In this document: one piece after another, positions 58,472-64,000 of the stretch | Numbering within the stretch: position 1 is the first letter of the stretch | How the letters are laid out: each line of letters opens with the position of its first letter | NCBI GenBank assembly: GCA_963933215.1 | Contig: CAWVSB010000010.1 | Coordinates: forward strand, 32,256 to 96,255 | Source of the DNA: an uncultured Cellvibrionales bacterium | GTDB taxonomy: Bacteria; Pseudomonadota; Gammaproteobacteria; Pseudomonadales; CAWVSB01 | Length of the DNA stretch: 64,000 bases | Direction of reading: 5' to 3' | Position numbers and translations under genes: made by a program | The notes under the pieces: generated by a model | What the model was told of the DNA's origin: nothing | Seen by the model: the letters and a program-made list of their open reading frames with translations, nothing else | The model's database searches: none

Positions 58472-59611
58472 GTGAAAGAGAAAGAGCTAATTTTTATAAT
58501 TGATGACCCCGTTGTGGGTCTAGGATTACTGCGAACGGCAGCAGTTAATAACCGTACAGCTGTAGTGATAGCCCGCTATGGCTGCGGCTCATTAAGATTT
58601 GCAGCTGCCTGCACAAAATTTTATGAAATCAGCCTGAGCAACATGACGCATAGGCTACTCAAGTCGCTGCATCAGCTAAAGATTGATACCAAAAGTTGTA
58701 GCATTGTGCCAGCCGGAGACATTGCAACCACGGCATTGATCAACGCATCAGCTTGCGCTGAACTAAAGACCTTTCCGCTGCCATCGCTAGACGTATCCTC
58801 AAGACTCGGTAGCAAAGATAAATTTGCAGAAATTTGTCTGGAAGTAGGTGCTCGCATCCCAACAACCGAAGCTGTTGAAAACAAACATTCACTTAGCAAT
58901 TTTATTAATGGCTCTCGGATACCCTATCCGATAATTGTAAAGCCAGTAAACATGTCTGGCGGCATAGGTATCAAGGTCGTGAAGAATGCCGCGCAACTGC
59001 AATCAATCATAGACGATAAAACATTCAACTTCTCTCCGCTGGTCGTTCAAGAATATATTGACGGCGAAGATGTTGGCTTGAGCCTACTCGCCAAAAAGGG
59101 GTTCATCACGCATGCCTATGTTCAGCATAGGTCGAAGTCTGGTGATCGGTTTCCCCCTATGCCAGAACTCGTTAATCAGGTTAAAAAATTAGTTCACAAG
59201 GAAGATTATAGCGGCCCAGCTCATGTGGATGCGCGGTTAGGCCGCGATGGTAAACTCTATCTCATTGAATTCAACGCCCGATTTTGGGCTAGTGTGCATA
59301 TTAGCGACTACCTGGGTGTTGATTTTCTTGGACTTGGACTTATGCGAGATGCCAGTCCCGATAATAAAACAGATACAAGAATAGTTAGTTGCGAACTAAA
59401 TGAGACGTTCTCTTTTACTCAGGCGCTTTTAGGCTTCTTAGGTATTGGTGTACTTAGCTCTAAGCAATATCGTAGGTTTTTTAGAACAATAATGGCAGAC
59501 CCGCTTGCCTACGTTTTCACCAAGCTGCCTACTCTTAGGCGCTTTGTGAATAGATCTTCAGTGCTAATATTCAATACGAAAGGAAGTGAAATTCCAGCTG
59601 CACGAAACTGA
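58472..59611 (+). CDS. ATP-grasp domain protein
   Basis: SKDKF, IPTT, YPIIVKP...GGIG, VVQEYIDGED, LIEFNARFW. Confidence 0.85.
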   Translation: MKEKELIFIIDDPVVGLGLLRTAAVNNRTAVVIARYGCGSLRFAAACTKFYEISLSNMTHRLLKSLHQLKIDTKSCSIVPAGDIATTALINASACAELKTFPLPSLDVSSRLGSKDKFAEICLEVGARIPTTEAVENKHSLSNFINGSRIPYPIIVKPVNMSGGIGIKVVKNAAQLQSIIDDKTFNFSPLVVQEYIDGEDVGLSLLAKKGFITHAYVQHRSKSGDRFPPMPELVNQVKKLVHKEDYSGPAHVDARLGRDGKLYLIEFNARFWASVHISDYLGVDFLGLGLMRDASPDNKTDTRIVSCELNETFSFTQALLGFLGIGVLSSKQYRRFFRTIMADPLAYVFTKLPTLRRFVNRSSVLIFNTKGSEIPAARN

Positions 59612-59697
59612 TATTATATGCCCAGATCGTAAAGTTTGGAAATTATGATGACTGTATAATATAGTGCCATTAACGACTTATAATACCAGGAAAATAT

Positions 59698-60330
59698 GTG
59701 CTAACGACTCGCAATGTAATCACCCAAATAAGACGAACTGGGCCGCTACTATCTTCAATTTATATTGTGTTAACTGGTTTTTTATTTTCTATTGCGATGA
59801 TAAGTAGCTATTACAACATACCTATTGACTCATTTACACGTGACCCAATCTCGGTATTAGGTGGTGCCGCTTATGTTGGTTTTATATCTAATATCGGTAT
59901 ATTATTTTGGGCTTTTACTGCTGCGATTTGTCTCTTTGCTTCAATCGTTCGCAACCAAGATACCGATCAAGCTACCTCGCAATTTTTACTCTGCTCTGGC
60001 CTGCTTACCTTGTGGTTATTGTTAGATGATATGTTTATGTTACATGATTCCATCTTACCCTATCACTTAATGATACCGGGAAAGCTGATATATCTAGGTT
60101 ATATAACTATAGCTTTTGCTTATTTGGTTAAATTCAAAACACAAATATTACGCTATGAATACGTAATTTTGTTTAAAGCTTTTTGTTTCTTTGCAGTGTC
60201 GGTGTTAGCCGATCTATTGCTAGAACAACATGGGTTTGTATTGTTGATCGAAGATGGTTTTAAGTTATTTGGGATTGTGACCTGGTTTATATTCTTTTTC
60301 AGAACATGTCGGGTTTATCTACAACAGTAG
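59698..60330 (+). CDS. Hypothetical polytopic membrane protein
   Basis: About 7 TM segments; TRDP, GFISNIG, LDDMFMLHD, IEDGFK; AT-rich. Confidence 0.65.
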   Translation: MLTTRNVITQIRRTGPLLSSIYIVLTGFLFSIAMISSYYNIPIDSFTRDPISVLGGAAYVGFISNIGILFWAFTAAICLFASIVRNQDTDQATSQFLLCSGLLTLWLLLDDMFMLHDSILPYHLMIPGKLIYLGYITIAFAYLVKFKTQILRYEYVILFKAFCFFAVSVLADLLLEQHGFVLLIEDGFKLFGIVTWFIFFFRTCRVYLQQ

Positions 60331-60601
60331 CGAGTATAAAACTAACCTAGTCATAACGAGGGATTAAAACCAGCAACGAAAAATATTCGTTGCCACGTTT
60401 AATAGCAAAAAATATTAGCGATATAAATAGTTAGTCAGTATTTTTTAACACGCCTAATTATTAAGGCAGTTAGTTACATGACTGAGCGTCATATTAAGCA
60501 GTGCTAGAGGCGTGATCTCGATTTAATGTCAGTACATAATTGCTCACATCACCCGCCTTAGGCGGCTGCAGGAAAGCTCTATACTCTAATAAATCTAAGC
60601 T

Positions 60602-60650
60602 AAAAAAAATATCTGGAGTCAGAAGTTAGTTTTTACTCTGACCCCAAATA
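60602..60650 (-). terminator. Probable terminator of the TonB receptor gene
   Basis: Imperfect stem ATATCTGGAGTCAGA...TCTGACCCCAAATAT with an A8 tract (U tract on the minus strand). Confidence 0.55.
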
Positions 60651-60674
60651 TCTTAACAGCTGGACTTTGATTTT

Positions 60675-63365
60675 TTAGTATTCCCAAGCAACTGATAACG
60701 CGACCGTTTGACCTGGTTCCTGTTCAAAGATAGTAACTCCGTCTTGTTCAATCTCTACTGTAGAGCCTAATAGGTTCTGCAGCTTAAGCTTAACTGAGAT
60801 TTCTGGCTTTGGATAATAGCTATAAACGAAATCCAACGCGTGGAATGACTGTTCGAAAGCATCGTCCTGCCCATCTCTGCCCGCAAAGAACAAACGCTCA
60901 TCGGCAACATTATAAACCAGTGATGCAGTATGCTTTTCGTTCGGTGAGTCGTAACCAAGCTGGAAATTAACTACCCAAGGCGAATGGTTAGTCATTTGGC
61001 GTTCATTATTAGTCAAACCAGTATCAAACGCATCTACCGTAATGTCTGATTCGCTTATAGTGATATTTGAATTAAAGAATAGCCCCGGCGTCAAACTCGA
61101 TAGCTCTTTCAAATATTCAACTTCTAAGCCATACATTTGTGCTTCTTCAGCATTCAGAAATGACAATACTATGTTGTTATCTGATCCTGCCAAACGAGTA
61201 GTTTCAATAGGATTTACTATATCTTTATAAAACAATGAAAAAGTTAAACTATCACCATTTTCATAAAACATATCAGCACGAATGTCGAAGTTATCAAGCT
61301 GGGCTGTATCCAGGTTAGGATTACCAACAATGCGGTATTCAGTTAATGGATCTATATACGATGCCGAAGAAATTTCACGTAAATCTGGACGAGTGACAGT
61401 ACTAGAATAACCAAAACGTATTTGGAATTCGTCAGCCAAAAAATCGTCTTGTAGATAGGTTACCGCCAGCGATGGATAATAGTCATCTTCTAAAAAAACA
61501 GCGTCATTCAGCTCTTCAACCGGAATAGCAAGTTGGCCAACATCAGCGTCGTATTCGGTTAGATTAATAGGCACCGATACTTGTTGAAACTGTTCATAAC
61601 GAACGCCGCCACTTACGCGCCAGCTATTGTTCCAAAGCACATCAAATTCACCGAAGTAGGCATCTACTGCTTCTGCAGCTAAATAACTCTCGGTACCCAA
61701 ACCGCCAATAGTAGTTTCGAAAAGGTTATTAGGGTCGAGGATATTGGCCGAACTAAATACTTCAGAAGCCGTGTTGTCCAATGTGCCCGCAGGAGTATTT
61801 GGTGTACCGATATTCCAAATGTAGTTAGAAAATTCTCGCGCTTTTTTGTAATAGTCATAACCGCCAGTAAATTTATACTCGGCATTGCCTACCATAAACG
61901 GCCAAGATGCAGCTCCGCCATAGCTTTCTACGTCATCAGTGAGCTCACTAAAGGCAAATACAGCTGCCGTAGATGACCCTGCCACGCGCGAGTTCAAAAC
62001 CTCTCTAGTCACTGGGTCTACGTTGTCGATACCTTCAACCGACATTTCGTTAGGAATATCAGTAGATGCTCCAGAATCGGTGTAATACCAGTCATAGGTA
62101 ATGCCAGACAATAAGTCATGATCAAACCACTGAGCGGCTTGGTGCGAACCACTAAATTGAACTATATCCAACTCACGCTGTTCCCAACGCACGTCTAAAT
62201 CTCGAAAACCACGACCATTAGTCAGCTCAAACCCTTGCGAGTGGCCAGTCGTCACTGAGACTTCATCTTCAGTGCTACGAATTTGAATAATGTTGGCATT
62301 GACAGAGTGATAACCCCCATATTCAATACCCATCGTTAAAGTAGTCGTCAAATCTATACTGTTAACGGTACGCTGGGTTTCACTAAAGTTCTCAATTGGG
62401 TTGTTCGCATTGCGATTGACGCGATCTATATTGCGCCATTTATTGCTATAAGACACTAAACCAAGGGCGCCAACCGACCACTGTTCGTCTTCACCTAAAA
62501 TCCAGTTATTTCCTGCGGTGATTTGCCCATTAACATCGGGGCTCATTGATTTACTTCTAATGTCCATCGCATCGCGGTATAAAAAGGTTGAAAGCTCTCT
62601 ATTGATGGTTTCAGCATCAGACAGCTCATTTTGACCACCATCAAAATTGAGTGTGTTTAAAATATTAACGGGGCTAATTTGACCGCGATATGTGTCAAGC
62701 GCAGTAAATAGCTCAGCCGACATCGCCCGCGTGCCATCATCATCACCCCACTTGTCATCGCTACCACCGGAGTAAGTTAAGCCGTCGTGATCTTCACTGT
62801 TAACACCAGTACCTAGTTGAAGCTTTAGCACTGGGCCACTGGGTATACTTTTGGTACGAATATCAATATTACCGCCACCAAAAGTAGCTGGTAAATTAGG
62901 TGCAAACGTTTTCGACACTGACAAAGATTTAACAATATCTGACGGGAATAAATCCAATGGCACAACATTACGTGACAAATCTGGTGATGGTACGTAAGAA
63001 CCATTTAGTGTAGTACTTGAGTAACGCTCGCCGAGACCGCGCGTATAAATAAATTTGCCACCTACCAACGTTAGCCCTGGCACTCGCTTTAGCGCCGCAG
63101 CAACATCACTGTCGCCCGCTCTGGAAATAGCATCCCCACCCAGTAAATCCACTGCAAATGCCGAATTTTTACGCTCATCGACTAATTGTCCGCTAGCACT
63201 TCTTAAGCGGCCAGTAACAACGGTTTCTTCAAGTATGCCCAACTCAGCAGCGGCTTGAGTTTCTCTCTCATCCTGGGCCAAGACCATTTGGCTATTTCCA
63301 AGTACGGTTATACCAGCCACCGCTATTGCCAGAGGTTTGAGCCTGGCAGGAATTAATTTGTTCAT
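60675..63365 (-). CDS. TonB-dependent receptor
   Basis: Signal peptide, LEETVVTG, AALKRVPGL, RGLGERYS, VPLDLFP, RPDLRE, GNPNL, C-terminal aromatic residue (WEY). Confidence 0.92.
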   Translation of the reverse strand: MNKLIPARLKPLAIAVAGITVLGNSQMVLAQDERETQAAAELGILEETVVTGRLRSASGQLVDERKNSAFAVDLLGGDAISRAGDSDVAAALKRVPGLTLVGGKFIYTRGLGERYSSTTLNGSYVPSPDLSRNVVPLDLFPSDIVKSLSVSKTFAPNLPATFGGGNIDIRTKSIPSGPVLKLQLGTGVNSEDHDGLTYSGGSDDKWGDDDGTRAMSAELFTALDTYRGQISPVNILNTLNFDGGQNELSDAETINRELSTFLYRDAMDIRSKSMSPDVNGQITAGNNWILGEDEQWSVGALGLVSYSNKWRNIDRVNRNANNPIENFSETQRTVNSIDLTTTLTMGIEYGGYHSVNANIIQIRSTEDEVSVTTGHSQGFELTNGRGFRDLDVRWEQRELDIVQFSGSHQAAQWFDHDLLSGITYDWYYTDSGASTDIPNEMSVEGIDNVDPVTREVLNSRVAGSSTAAVFAFSELTDDVESYGGAASWPFMVGNAEYKFTGGYDYYKKAREFSNYIWNIGTPNTPAGTLDNTASEVFSSANILDPNNLFETTIGGLGTESYLAAEAVDAYFGEFDVLWNNSWRVSGGVRYEQFQQVSVPINLTEYDADVGQLAIPVEELNDAVFLEDDYYPSLAVTYLQDDFLADEFQIRFGYSSTVTRPDLREISSASYIDPLTEYRIVGNPNLDTAQLDNFDIRADMFYENGDSLTFSLFYKDIVNPIETTRLAGSDNNIVLSFLNAEEAQMYGLEVEYLKELSSLTPGLFFNSNITISESDITVDAFDTGLTNNERQMTNHSPWVVNFQLGYDSPNEKHTASLVYNVADERLFFAGRDGQDDAFEQSFHALDFVYSYYPKPEISVKLKLQNLLGSTVEIEQDGVTIFEQEPGQTVALSVAWEY

Positions 63366-63411
63366 CTGAATTAACCTTTATTTGATGGCTATTTATGCAT
63401 TAACGCGAGCA

Positions 63412-63459
63412 ATAAAATGGGTGGGTTACAACATTACGATTAACTGTTGTAACCCAGCC
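63412..63459 (-). terminator. Intergenic hairpin (partial terminator or mRNA stabiliser)
   Basis: TGGGTTACAACA...TGTTGTAACCCA 12-bp stem; on the minus strand it is followed by ATTTTATT. Confidence 0.6.
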
Positions 63460-63473
63460 GATAGTGTTAAAAA

Positions 63474-64000
63474 TTACTCGGTATATGTTGGCCATCCACC
63501 GCGGAAAACCCACTCGTTAGTCCAGTCATCGGAGGCTGATACGGCACCGGCATAGTCAACTGTTTCAAAAAAGTCATCCGCAGGTAGCGCTACAGGCGTA
63601 CCTGTAAAGGTAGTGAAGATTCCATCTAATACTGGGGCTAGGTCAGTAGCATCAGTATGCTGCGCAATGACATTAGATTTAGCTGGTTCCAAAAACCATT
63701 CCGCAACACTAGTACTAGGGTCTAGGTCGTCTTTAGTTGGCTCTGTACAGGCGAGAACGCTACCTTGGATATCTAGAGTGCCATCTTGAGCATTTTGTCG
63801 AGTAGAATTAGTATCTATTTCCAGACACTCGTTGCCGTTAACAAAGCCAGGCGAGGTAACAACTGAATTGAAAATTTTACCCGTAGTACCATGGCGAAGC
63901 AGAATACCTTCCGAGTCGTTACCGGCGTTGTTATCGTCGCCAGCAGAAGTGATACAAGTCATATTGGCAATCACTGGATTAGATATCGGCGTAACCAACC
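63474..64000 (-). CDS. C-terminal part of an acidic secreted/surface protein, truncated by window edge
   Basis: Open frame to the edge; PVIANMT, GILLRHGT.G.IFNSVV, CLEID, DYAGAV...DWTNEW; beta-helix-like. Confidence 0.65.
   Translation of the reverse strand, partial: LVTPISNPVIANMTCITSAGDDNNAGNDSEGILLRHGTTGKIFNSVVTSPGFVNGNECLEIDTNSTRQNAQDGTLDIQGSVLACTEPTKDDLDPSTSVAEWFLEPAKSNVIAQHTDATDLAPVLDGIFTTFTGTPVALPADDFFETVDYAGAVSASDDWTNEWVFRGGWPTYTE

Noticed and set aside
1025..63258. Numerous 60-190 aa ORFs antisense to or in alternate frames of long genes (e.g. 2228..2704, 6513..7016, 35030..35590)
   Set aside because: Shadow ORFs of well-supported genes, with no recognisable motifs.

Overview
Gene-dense bacterial chromosomal window. 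Gene content suggests a marine gammaproteobacterium, possibly Cellvibrionales-like; this is inference only. I found no rRNA, tRNA, CRISPR array, integrase or transposase. Four blocks are visible. (1) About 1-14.8 kb and 23-41.7 kb: lipid/aromatic catabolic and detoxification genes (Mo-oxidoreductase, aldehyde dehydrogenases, acyl-CoA dehydrogenases, SDRs, GSTs, MaoC pair, carotenoid/stilbene cleavage oxygenase, P450, TonB receptor). Three of their promoter regions share a palindrome, AAACARTCA-N4-TGAYTGTTT. (2) 15.0-22.9 kb: a sigma54/NtrC-type nitrogen-scavenging cluster with a type III glutamate-ammonia ligase (GlnT), a MetX-like hydrolase, a TetR regulator, a NitT/TauT ABC importer, a membrane di-iron desaturase and a xylose-isomerase-like TIM barrel. 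This is the best candidate for an undescribed catabolic pathway. (3) 11.3-12.0 kb: a stand-alone double-AP2-domain gene behind a sigma54 promoter and tandem NtrC-like boxes. (4) 42.1-60.3 kb: a Wzx/Wzy exopolysaccharide locus with three near-consensus sigma54 promoters and repeated TGCA-W3-TGCA boxes. It carries many tailoring genes (split membrane/spermidine-synthase-like transferase, FemAB-like, LtaS-like, deacetylase, ATP-grasp) and a Wzc with a degenerate kinase. A TonB receptor and a truncated secreted protein end the window. All calls come from motif reading, not database searches.
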